Shown here one piece after another: positions 1-10,480 of a stretch of DNA of 25,215 nucleotides. The translations under genes were made by a program, and so were the position numbers. The notes under the pieces were generated by a model, which searched no databases, was not told where the DNA came from, and was given only the letters and a program-made list of their open reading frames with translations. Each line of letters starts with the position of its first letter. Positions within the stretch are counted from its first letter, which is position 1. The DNA comes from Octopus sinensis (taxonomy: Eukaryota), in contig NW_021836335.1 in assembly GCF_006345805.1 (NCBI RefSeq), positions 1 to 25,215 of the forward strand, read 5' to 3'.

Positions 1-24
1 TAAAATAATATAATAATAATAATA

Positions 25-65
<41 letters not shown>
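1..65. repeat. (AAT)n microsatellite
   Basis: Direct reading. Confidence 0.95.
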
Positions 66-66
<1 letters not shown>

Positions 67-441
67 GATTATGTTGCTGTCCCGTGATGGTTCTGGCGTT
101 ATAAGTCAATGAGGTAACCTCTAGCGGATGGTAAGACAAGCTAGAAATATCTCCCTCATATTACTTCCTATTATCCTTTTATATAGTAACTCGCTTAGGA
201 CTTAGATTCTGCTTTGTTATCGACCTGAGGATTTATGAAGCCGTAGCTTAAAACGGATTTTTTGTCGTAGAAGTTTCCTGAGATTACAACACCTTCTCAA
301 CTTAATCTTAATCTGCATCCTGTTTTCTCGGGAAGTTAATTCCACATTTACAGCAAACTGGGCTGGAGTAACGTGAAATGCAGTATTTTTCTCCAAAACA
401 CAGAGCACAATCATTCCGCGAACCGAAAGTCCCACACACAT

Positions 442-466
442 TCACGCACCCACGCACGACACACCA

Positions 467-519
<53 letters not shown>

Positions 520-536
520 CACACACTCACACACAT
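442..536. repeat. (CA)n microsatellite
   Basis: Direct reading. Confidence 0.95.
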
Positions 537-1229
537 AATATATTGATTTTAATCTAGCGATTTTTTTCAATTCCATTCGAACATTCTGTTAATTTAAACA
601 GTTTTCTTTGACATAGAATTTCATTTTCTTCAGTTTTAATTTTGTTCTCCGCATCAGCACATTTTTTTTCAACAGACTGGAAATATTTCTTATTTAAATA
701 TGCTTATTATCATTTCATATTCATTTCTCAATTATTATATATTATATTATGCTACTTCGTCGTGTTATAATGCTGAACGATATTAATTTTGTAAAGTGAA
801 ATCATGCTTCATTTTAACACATGTGAAAATCTAATACTCATTTTGATTATCACATTTTCATCGTTATATTTCAGTTATTTTAAAACTGTTTCCGTAGTTG
901 CTTTTGTAAAACAAACACATTCAAAATTAGCGTGGTACAGACACAGGCAGACACAAACACACACACGCATGTGGACCACCACGCACACATACAAACACTT
1001 GTACGTTTGTGAATATTCTTATATATCTGTGTCTTTTTGTATCTGTCGACGATTGTATGAGCGGATGTATAACTAAAATCGTGTGCACCCGTGGTTCTGT
1101 GTCTGCTTTTTCTGCAACCCACCCTCTATATATTGTGTGTGTATGTGTGTGTTTGTGTGTGTGTGTGTGTGTGTATGAGAGAGAGGGAGAGATATATATA
1201 TATAGAGAGAGAGAAACTCACACATATAT

Positions 1230-1745
1230 ACACACGCACGTGATTAGCAGCTGTCTTAAAATGTCGTCACTGTAGTAACCACCTATGCGGCACACTTGTT
1301 GTTAAAACAATTTTCAATGTCATCCGCAGAAAAGACTGTCCTGAAATAAAGTTAGAAAATCCGTCAGTTATAGAATACATTCATAATCACCAACTCAAGG
1401 AATACTGGTGGAATATTATGTAAGCATAACAGGCCGGATATTGTTATTTTGGAAAAGAAGTGCAAAGGTATGTAACATAGAGGTTAACCGAAAATCAAAG
1501 AAAAAGATGATATCTATAGATAATTATTTCGAAACCTCCAGCTGCTATATCCAGACTATGAATTCATATTCATACCAATAAAAATTGGAACACTAGGTTT
1601 TTTTAGTAAATGCTAAATGGGAATCTGGATAAACTGGGATTTTTAGAGAGAAATTGGCCGGCTGATTTGTACAATACAAGTGCAATCTGTGAGTGGAACA
1701 GTAAAAATATGCAAAACTTCTCTCAAGTTTCAAATGCGAATTAGT
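1230..1745 (+). mobile_element. Decayed non-LTR retrotransposon ORF C-terminus with restriction-like endonuclease (RLE; R4/Dong-like), copy 1
   Basis: Manual translation across stops and frameshifts gives HVISSCLKMSS..PMRH..VVKTIFNVIRRKDCP..EYWWNI..CKHNRPDIVI..KIKEKDDIY..LFRNLQLLYPDYEFIFIPIKIGTLG..VQSVSGTVKICKT. The RH and RPD motifs are typical of RLE-clade LINEs. Collinear with 18790-19480. Confidence 0.8.
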
Positions 1746-1873
1746 CTGTGTTAACTACTTCCCAAAGATGGCGCCTTGTATTTTGTTGGAAACCGGTTCC
1801 CTTCTTAGTGGAATATTTATAATAATTAAAAAATGCGCCCTAAGGAATTTTTCGATGTTATTATTATTATTAT

Positions 1874-1940
1874 CCACTGTCTAGAATCGAACTCGGAATC
1901 ACTGTGGTTGGTAGCCCGCGCCCTTAACCACTACGCCATG
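1874..1940 (-). mobile_element. tRNA-derived (Pol III) SINE-like head followed by (AAT)n
   Basis: Minus strand reads ATGGCGTAGTGGTTAAGGGCGCGGGCTACCAACCACAGTGATTCCGAGTTCGATTCTAGACAGTGG, with A box TGGCGTAGTGG and B box GAGTTCGATTC. The cloverleaf is imperfect, so it is not called a tRNA gene. Confidence 0.7.
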
Positions 1941-2574
1941 TGGTGGTCTATTATAAATATGTACTGTTAAAGAGTTGACAAAACCCCCAACCATGCCAAG
2001 AAAGAGAACAATGCCTCCCTTTTTATGTTATCTCGTCTCTTGAATAAATAATTACCGAAAATAAATCATTATGTAAATCCAATTAAAAAAATTAAACATC
2101 TAAATTTAAAATTAATTGTAAATATAGATCAAACAAGGAATATTAATTTCGTAGATTAATATTCATCACCGTTGAATTAGTTGCGGAAAAAATATAAACA
2201 ATGATAAATGATTAAAAAAAAAGCTGCAATAAAATGTCTCCTCACCCTTAATAAAACGCAGCATTATTTTCTTGTGTTCTACAAATATATATGGCACACT
2301 GTATAACCATTCTAAAAAAATAAAAGAAAAATAGTAAAGAACCCACAAAAAAAAAAAAACAGAATAGAAACGGAAATAATTATGAACAGAATTGAATTCA
2401 AAGAGCTTTGCTGATTTATCTGGCATTTAAAAACCTAATGACATACTCTTGTTAAATTTATTAGGTTGAAAACAGTAAAAAGGAAGAAATGCAAATAAAT
2501 TAAATTATTTTTTTCTTTTAAAAAAGTAAATAAAATATAATAAAATATAATATAATATAATATATAAATATTGG

Positions 2575-2735
2575 TGAGGGTATATGTGTGCGGTTATAAG
2601 ATTTGTTTGCTAATCGACAGCTTTTGGGTTCAATACCATTACTCGGGCACTTCGGCAACTATCTTCTAGTGTTGTCTGCGTAGACGAGGGCCACTGAGTG
2701 AAAAGTGTAAGGGTATTGTATTAAGTCCGTCGAAT
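2575..2735 (+). mobile_element. Old, decayed SINE family A 5' part
   Basis: GGGTTCAATACC..GGCACTTCGGCAACTATCTTCTA..AAGTCCGTCG aligns loosely to 11769-11931. Confidence 0.55.
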
Positions 2736-2761
2736 GTGTGTGTGTGGTAGTGTGTGCGTGC

Positions 2762-2803
<42 letters not shown>

Positions 2804-2839
2804 ATATATATGTCTAGATCTCAATGTGTCACAAGAGCG

Positions 2840-2978
2840 TGAGTTCGAGTTGATAAGATAAATTGGTCGTGCAAGTGGCTCAGTGCTCCACAGACAAAAG
2901 TACTCTTAACACAGTTCTCAGGAGGATTCAGTGTGGCGCAAATATGACAAGGAACGCATATCGAATAACAGGTACTGC
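2840..2978 (-). mobile_element. Decayed SINE family B 3' body
   Basis: CGTGCAAGTGGCTCAGTGCTCCACAGAC..CAGGTAC aligns to 13010-13125. Confidence 0.65.
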
Positions 2979-3010
2979 TGGAATGCAGAATTGTATATAT
3001 ATATACTATA

Positions 3011-3048
<38 letters not shown>

Positions 3049-3062
3049 TATATATATAAAAT

Positions 3063-3189
3063 ATTATTAGAGACAAAACCACTATTTTGCAAAACAAACA
3101 AGGAAAGACTTAATCAATACATAAAATTTTAATAAATAGTCAAAAAAACCGCCACTACAATCGTTTCTTGTCTTGATCGACAATCTTCA
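3063..3189 (-). mobile_element. (TA)n-abutting insert with degenerate hammerhead motif; putative Penelope-like pseudo-LTR fragment
   Basis: Minus strand TGAAGA-TTGTC-gatcaa-GACAA-GAAA-C-gatt-GTA-GTGG, then a T-rich tail running into (TA)n. Confidence 0.5.
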
Positions 3190-3190
3190 T

Positions 3191-3566
3191 AGTGGTGGTC
3201 AGTAGCTTGCTTAAAAGTCACACGGTTCCGGGTTCAGTCCCAATGCGTGGAACCTTGGGCAAATGTCTTCTAGTATAGTTTCGAGCCGACCAACGCCTTG
3301 TGAGTGGATTTAGTAAACGGAAACTGAAAGAATCCCGTCGTATATATATATACGTATATGTTTGTGTCTGTGTTTGTCTGCCCACAATTACTTGACAACC
3401 GATGTTGGTGTGTTTACGTCCCCGTAAATTAGCGGTACGGCAAAAGAGAACCGATAGTATAAGTACTAGGCTTACAAAGAATAAGTCTTGGGGTCGATTT
3501 TGTACGACTACAGGCAGTACTCCAGCCTGGCCGCATTCGAATGACTGAAGCAAAAGAATAAAAGAG
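3191..3566 (+). mobile_element. tRNA-derived SINE family A (internal microsatellite), near full length
   Basis: Collinear with 11769-12189: GGTTCAGTCCC B-box, CCTTGGGCAAATGTCTTCTA, GGAAACTGAAAGAA, GGCAAAAGAG.CCGATAG, 3' AAAGAATAAAAGAG. Confidence 0.92.
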
Positions 3567-3599
3567 CGTATATGTGCGCGTGTGTGTGTGTTTGTGACT

Positions 3600-3768
3600 A
3601 TGTGTGTCTTTGTGTCCGTGATTGTCTCCCGACCACCCCTTGACAACCGGCGTTGGTATGATTACATCCCTGTTACTCAGCGCTTCGGCAAAAGTGACGG
3701 ATAAGAGGACTGAACCCGGAACCATGTGGCTGGTAAACAAGCAACTGACCACCAGTCACTCTCGCGCC
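3600..3768. mobile_element. SINE family A fragments: internal piece on + (3600-3706) fused to an inverted head on - (3709-3768)
   Basis: CTTGACAACCGGCGTTGGTATG..TTCGGCAAAAGTGACGGATA on +. GACTGAACCCGGAACCATGTGG..CGCGCC is the reverse complement of the SINE A head. Confidence 0.75.
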
Positions 3769-3949
3769 TATATATATATATATACTAACACATATATATA
3801 CATACATACATACATACATACATACATACATACATGCATGCATACATACATACATACATACATACGAGGCCTAAAATGCAATAAATACCGGGATTGATTC
3901 ATTCGACTAGAAACTCAACAGTGTGGTACCACGCGCCTAAGCGCGCGCA

Positions 3950-3995
<46 letters not shown>

Positions 3996-4824
3996 TACAT
4001 CCTTATAATTTTTATGCGATTTTAAGATCAATTTATGGAGTGTTTAGTTTTCTCCTCAAGATTATATGATATAAACAATGGATGGTAAAAATAATGAAAA
4101 AATAAATATAAGAAACACGCAGAGACCCCTACCAAACTTCGTCCTTAATAAAACTCTGCCCAAAATAAAACAAGATAAATCCTGAAGTTATTGGACAAGT
4201 AAGAGAATTGAAACCTCTATGACAAATTTATAGAATCGTTTACCAGCTTTTTCCTTCTCTTGTACTTTCAACGAGTTTATCGATTTAGTAATTTTAACTC
4301 CCATAAAACTTGTAGTATTTTTTATGGATGTTTAAACTAAGACAGAAATGGTGGAATTTTCTTCTAATAAACAATGTTGATATTTCACATTATCGCGAGT
4401 TTTTTTCTTCTGTTTCTGGCAGTTGTGATCTTAAATTAGACTGTTCTAATTAGCAAGCTTTCTTTCCCCTTTATATTACTTCCATAACCCCCGCTGGTGC
4501 TATAAATGTCAGTGAGATGGAAGCTGGGTTTTTTTCTCTCTCTCTCTGAAAGTAGTTTGATAATGAATAATTGTCGAACTGATGTAAACACCGTTTTATT
4601 ATAACAGAATTTGATCTTATGAACGAACTGTATAAAAAAAGAGAAACTTATTAAGAACACCTAAACTTTGACTAAGATTAATTACTTTTAGAACAAGCCA
4701 ATAAGGGAGACTCTCAATGGATGCCCACCCCTTTAGAAACAACCACCAAAATCTCTTAAGAGCATTCGGAGCGGCAATGTAATGCGGGATACGTCCTTAT
4801 TTTCCATCTTTTAATTGTAAACAA

Positions 4825-4970
4825 CCATTTGACTGTGGTCATGCTGGGGCACTGCCTTGAAATGTTTTTGTCGAACAATCAGTTCCGGTATTTACCAATT
4901 TTAAACCTGTCGGGGTCATAAACAAACCAAAACAAGCTGTCAAGTAAGGAAGGGACAACACAAGCATACA
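4825..4970 (-). mobile_element. Decayed SINE family A 3' part
   Basis: CATTTGACTGTGGTCATGCTGGGGCACTGCCTTG is the reverse complement of the SINE A tail. Confidence 0.65.
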
Positions 4971-4987
4971 CGCCGTATTGCATAATG

Positions 4988-5002
4988 TATATATATTATA
5001 TA

Positions 5003-5068
<66 letters not shown>

Positions 5069-5070
5069 AA
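4988..5070. repeat. (TA)n microsatellite; resumes at 5275-5368 after an insert
   Basis: Direct reading. Confidence 0.95.
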
Positions 5071-5270
5071 AGTTAATTAAACAGAAATACAAAGAAAACA
5101 CACAACGCGAGGACGTGGAACAAATATAGTATTTTGGACGACGCTCAAGAAAGAAGGAAAGAAGGAGGTTTTAACGTTTCGAGCGGAGCTCTTCGTCGGA
5201 AACATAGGAGAAAGAAAGATCCAGAGAAGGGAAGACAGAGGAAAAAAAATCGCCAACGGTACACACGAGG

Positions 5271-5274
<4 letters not shown>
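5071..5274 (-). mobile_element. About 200-bp insert inside (TA)n carrying a minimal hammerhead-like motif; putative Penelope-like pseudo-LTR
   Basis: Flanked by (TA)n on both sides, contains the motif at 5168-5203, and has the same layout as 23099-23248. Confidence 0.65.
5168..5203 (-). ncRNA. Minimal type-I hammerhead-like motif with variant core CCGACGA
   Basis: GTTT-CCGACGA-A-GAGC-tcc-GCTC-GAAA-CGTTA-AAAC: 4-bp stem I, 4-bp stem II, palindromic AACGTT in place of stem III. Confidence 0.6.
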
Positions 5275-5314
<40 letters not shown>

Positions 5315-5529
5315 AGATATATTATATATATATAGATAGATAGATATATATATATGTATATATATATGAACTTGCGTGTGGGTGTGTGTGTATTTAAATG
5401 GGCCGCCACAAATTCCCCCAAAGTTCAGGAAGCTATTTGCTGCAGAAGATTAGTTTGGAGACGTTTAGTCCTGAAGAAGGCAACTGAAGGTTAGCCTTGT
5501 CAGCCGTGGTTGCCAAGGGATAGAAAATT

Positions 5530-5763
5530 AAGGCGGCGAGCTCTGCAGAAACGTTAGCACGCCGGGTGATGCTTAGCGGTATTTCGTCTGCTGTTACGTT
5601 CTGAGTTTAAATTCCGCCGAGGTCGACTTTGTCTTTCATCCTTTCCGGGTCGATAAATTAAGTACCAGTTACGCACTGGATTCGATGTAATCGACTTAAT
5701 CACTTTGTCCTTGTCTGTGCCCTCTATGTTTAGCTCCTTGTGGGCAATAAAGAAATAAGAAAC
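5530..5763 (+). mobile_element. tRNA-derived SINE family C, full length, LINE-like tail
   Basis: Head GGCGGCGAGCT..GTTCTGAGTTTAAATTCCGCC; core GTCGACTTTGTCTTTCATCCTTTCCGGGTCGATAAATTAAGTACCAG; tail GTTTAGCTCCTTGTGGGCAATAAAGAAATA. Repeated at 13345-13935 and 20738-21219. Confidence 0.92.
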
Positions 5764-5964
5764 TTTCTGCCGGTTATGACTAGTACAGTTTACATTTGCT
5801 CACTTAGGAAAAGCGTAAAGGTTAAGAGTTGAAATGCTTGTGATGTTGAGATACTTGTTGAACGCACAGATATTACGGTAGTCTTAGTCATCATCAGCAG
5901 AAATTATTACAATATACAAAACTAGGAGATTATTTTAGTTCACTTGAATCATTGTGCATTGTTT

Positions 5965-6613
5965 CTAAAGAATAAAAAGTTTTGAATGGTACAATAATGC
6001 ACTATAATACAAAGTTTTTCGAAATCAGTGGCAGACATCACTAGAAAAACTCTTATATATTTGCAAAGCAGCCTTGTCTTTCATCACGACTTGGTGGTTA
6101 CCGCCCGTTGATAAGGGACAATAATCCCGAAACTAGTCCGTGCGTATCACTCAGGCTTGCGAGAAAGGGAAGGCCTCCCTTTGCAAATACTTCAAGGGTA
6201 CTGAAATGGTGTCTAAAGCCAGCTGGAGACGATGATCTCCTGGAGCTATAGAGCTGCAGTAACACCCCCTCCCCTTTGTGGTTAGCCATATTAAGATGGC
6301 TTCTATACTTTACATTATCGAGCGATTACTGTTTACATCTCATTCAGAGATTTATTATTGCTTTATATAAATGTTGTAATTTAGTTATCCATACTCTAAT
6401 AATAATTCGGAATAAAATTCCTTCTTCAGATATTCTTAGATGAAATCGCTGCTATAACCGATTATAGCAGAGACTCCATCTAAAAATATCTGAAGAAGGA
6501 ATTTTATTCCGAAATATTAGCAGACTATGGGTGACTAAATTACAAGAGGTATATAACCCATTGTTTGTATTATAGTGCATTGCTGTACGATTCAAAACCT
6601 TTTTATACTTTAG
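5965..6613. repeat. Interrupted fold-back: inner imperfect palindrome 6374-6545 plus outer inverted arms 5965-6013 and 6564-6613
   Basis: TTGTAATTTAG..TTCGGAATAAAATTCCTTCTTCAGATATT..CTGCTATAA pairs with TTATAGCAG..AATATCTGAAGAAGGAATTTTATTCCGAA..CTAAATTACAA. The outer arms are near reverse complements over about 50 bp. Confidence 0.9.
6094..6150 (+). ncRNA. Minimal type-I hammerhead ribozyme candidate, U3-A8 core variant
   Basis: CGCCCG-TTGATAA-GGGA-caataa-TCCC-GAAA-C-ta-GTC-CGTGCG. Stem I has 5 of 6 pairs and extends with bulges (GTGGTTA/TATCAC). Predicted cut after C6138. Confidence 0.6.
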
Positions 6614-6712
6614 TAGCTTCTAGATTTTCTGAGTAGCACAAATCATCTCTCGTATTTATTCCACATGTATAGATAACCAGCTTGGACCCCCAACAGTAAT
6701 AACATTACATGA

Positions 6713-6753
6713 CTCTTCTGATGACTCCCGTGGCACGGAAGGAAAGTCAGGAG
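6713..6753 (+). ncRNA. Hammerhead-like motif with canonical CUGAUGA core and no stem III
   Basis: CTCTT-CTGATGA-CTCCCGT-ggc-ACGGAAG-GAAA-GTC-AGGAG. Confidence 0.4.
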
Positions 6754-7329
6754 GCAAACACGAGCCCAGTGTAAACATAAAAAGTTAAACATAAACGTAC
6801 AGAAAACAGAGCAAGAGTCACACAAAAATAAAAAAAAAAAACTTAAAATACGACAACCAAATGAAAAAATAATTGTATGGAAATTTCATTTTCACTGATA
6901 CAAATAACGGAAAGACAAAAAAAAATACAAAAATAGGTAAATAATAAAAAGCAAATACAATTTAAATGTCTGGTTTATATTTTATTAGAATTAAAACAAT
7001 GCGTAAATAGTGCGATGTGGATGGGGATTATGGCGTATTAGGAAGCAGCATGAAATTATAATTTCAAATGGAACAAATGAATAATTTACAGCAAATTTTA
7101 AATGGAAATCCTATGAATATCGTTGCGTATTGTATTGTGATGTACAGACGACAGCCATACGTCAGAAGAACGAAGAAAAAAAAGCAAAAGACAACAACAG
7201 AAAGACAAAAAATGACGATGGTATTTGTTACCGAAAAGTATTATATACTATCTACATTGACGCAATAGTAACAACAACAACAACAACAAAAACAACAACA
7301 ACTACTATAGTAATAATAATAATAATAGT

Positions 7330-7840
7330 GATTTGAAGTTTTGACACAAGAACAGAGATTTCGTGGAGAGGTAAGTCGAGTTAGTTAGTTAGTTAATTTT
7401 TTGGTTCGAAAAGCAAAAAGCAAGGCCATGTAGGGGGGCATGGATTTATGTACAGGGAGGGTGTTCATGTAAAGAGTTCAGGCCATTTGTGGTCAAGAGA
7501 GACTTTGAACCGAGCGGTCGTCGGCATCTTCACCATCTCGTCCGGCAGCTTATTCCACGGATCCGCAACCAGGACGGAGAAAGCCCCTCTCCTTCGATTG
7601 AGATGAAATCGTCTCAGATAGAGCTTTTCGGAATGACCCCGCAGCCGACGTTCAGGAGCAGCAGTGAAGAACAGCTCTTTCGAGAGGTTACACTTTCTGC
7701 TTATGTCTTCAGCCTTTCTTCATAGGACAAATTCTTGAGGCCAAGAACCATGCGGGTAGCCAGAATCGACACCAGTATTCAACTGGTACTTATTATATCA
7801 ACTCCGAAGAGATGAACAGCAAAGTCGACCTCGGCCAAAA
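7330..7840 (-). mobile_element. SINE family C split into 7765-7840 (core) and 7330-7380 (tail) by a CR1 insertion
   Basis: Minus strand GCCGAGGTCGACTTTGCTGTTCATC..AAGTACCAGTTGAATACTGGTGTCGAT resumes after the insert as TCGACTTACC..CTTGTGTCAAAACTTCAAATC. Confidence 0.8.
7381..7764 (-). mobile_element. 5'-truncated CR1-clade LINE: ORF2 C-terminus, 3' UTR and (TAAC)n tail
   Basis: Translation LATRMVLGLKNLSYEERLK / ISRKCNLSKELFFTAAPERRLRGHSEKLYLRRFHLNRRRGAFSVLVADPWNKLPDEMVKMPTTARFKVSLDHKWPELFT* (stop 7465-7467). LSYEERL, RGH..KL and WNxLP are CR1 hallmarks. Confidence 0.92.
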
Positions 7841-7843
7841 TGA

Positions 7844-7899
<56 letters not shown>

Positions 7900-7901
7900 A
7901 A

Positions 7902-7955
<54 letters not shown>
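7844..7955. repeat. (CTA)n followed by (ATA)n compound microsatellite
   Basis: Direct reading. Confidence 0.95.
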
Positions 7956-7973
7956 TGATGGGAAGTGTTAGCA

Positions 7974-8141
7974 TGTACATTCCAAAGGGCCGACCTGCGG
8001 CACGCTGAATCCCCGCGGGGACTACGTTCAGGGTACACGTGTCTGTGGAGTGTTCAGCCACTTGCACATTAATTTCATGAGCAAGCTGTTCCATTGATCG
8101 TATCAGTTGGGACTCTCCTCGTCGTAACCGACGGAGTGCTC
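7974..8141 (+). mobile_element. SINE family B 3' half
   Basis: GGGTACACGTGTCTGTGGAGTG..CTCGTCGTAACCGACGGAGTGC is the reverse complement of 12943-13125. Confidence 0.88.
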
Positions 8142-9580
<1,439 letters not shown>

Positions 9581-9956
9581 AAGGAGCGCACGCGAATAAC
9601 CGTTAGTTGCCTTGGTTTAAGTTTAGATCTGACTAGACTCACATTTCTTCTTTCTTTCTCATAAGGATAAATATGGATATCCGAAATCATTCTCTGCCAT
9701 TTCCTTCATCAAGTCCTTTTCAAAAAAATTTCTTTATACTTCTTTCACGGGAGAGAAGAGTGAGATATAGTTAATTAAATTAAATTAATTATTTCTATTT
9801 AGCTATGAAGTTGTATGATTTTAATATCGCTGTTCGAAACGATCGTCTGCATGAATTAAAATTCTCTTACATTTTAATACCTGTTCTCCATTTTTAACAA
9901 ATATGTTTAGTTTTATGTGATTCCTTTCCATAAATTCATATAACACACCATATAAC

Positions 9957-10098
9957 CCGACGACCGCTCGGTTCAAAGTCTCTCTTGACCAGAAATGGTC
10001 TGAACTCTTTGCATGAACACCCTCCCTGTACATAACTCCATGTCTCCCTACATGGCCTTGCTTTTTGATTTTTGAGCCCAAAAATTAACTTAACTTAA
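9957..10098 (+). mobile_element. Second CR1 3' end (same family as 7381-7764)
   Basis: CCGACGACCGCTCGGTTCAAAGTCTCTCTTGACC..CATGGCCTTGCTTTTTG..AAAAATTAACTTAACT. Confidence 0.9.
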
Positions 10099-10119
10099 AC
10101 CGTTTGGTTTTCTATCTAT

Positions 10120-10480
10120 CCATCCACCATCTGCGTCCAATATTCTTGTAAAGATCATGACGGTAGAGTTCTCAGCCGCCTCTCACGTTTTTAAAGTTAT
10201 CTGCTGGATTCTCAAGCGAGATCAGCTGAGTATATAGATATTACCCACCAATCCCTTTCTTGGTTTACTCCTAAATCTCACACAAATTAGTTCAGCTTGA
10301 AGAATCTGTCTCGCGTTCCGTTCCTGCGAGATTTTACTAACTTGTCCGTAGTACATGATCTTTGACCTCCCAATGCGCAGAAGCCGCGGTTCCAAATGGC
10401 GAGACTCTCTGATTACGGAGCTACAAAACATTTCAAAATATTGCGTTTCAAAAAGAAATTGATTTCTTTTCCTTTATTTA
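10120..10480 (-). mobile_element. Decayed RTE/RTEX-like LINE ORF C-terminus
   Basis: ORF 10222-10431 (SSVIRESRHLEPRLLRIGRSKIMYYGQVSKISQERNARQILQAE..RFRSKPR) resembles the RTE-clade motif L.W/YYGHV.RM..R..R..G.R.RGRPR, recalled from memory. Confidence 0.55.

Noticed and set aside
1760-1802. CCCAAAGATGGC..GGAAACCGGTT resembling a decayed Penelope hammerhead
   Set aside because: The core and stem II are too degenerate to distinguish from chance.
3218-3752. ORFs of 142 and 107 aa, and similarly 12005-12313, 12987-13239 and 18238-18723
   Set aside because: They lie within SINE copies and are chance open frames.
5471-5528. CTGAAGA followed by a GGCAAC/GTTGCC hairpin
   Set aside because: No GAAA immediately after the stem and no stem I, so it is not a hammerhead.
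9675-9715. Minus-strand TTGATGA-A-GGAAAT..ATTTC hairpin
   Set aside because: Followed by GGAT rather than GAAA, and no stem I.
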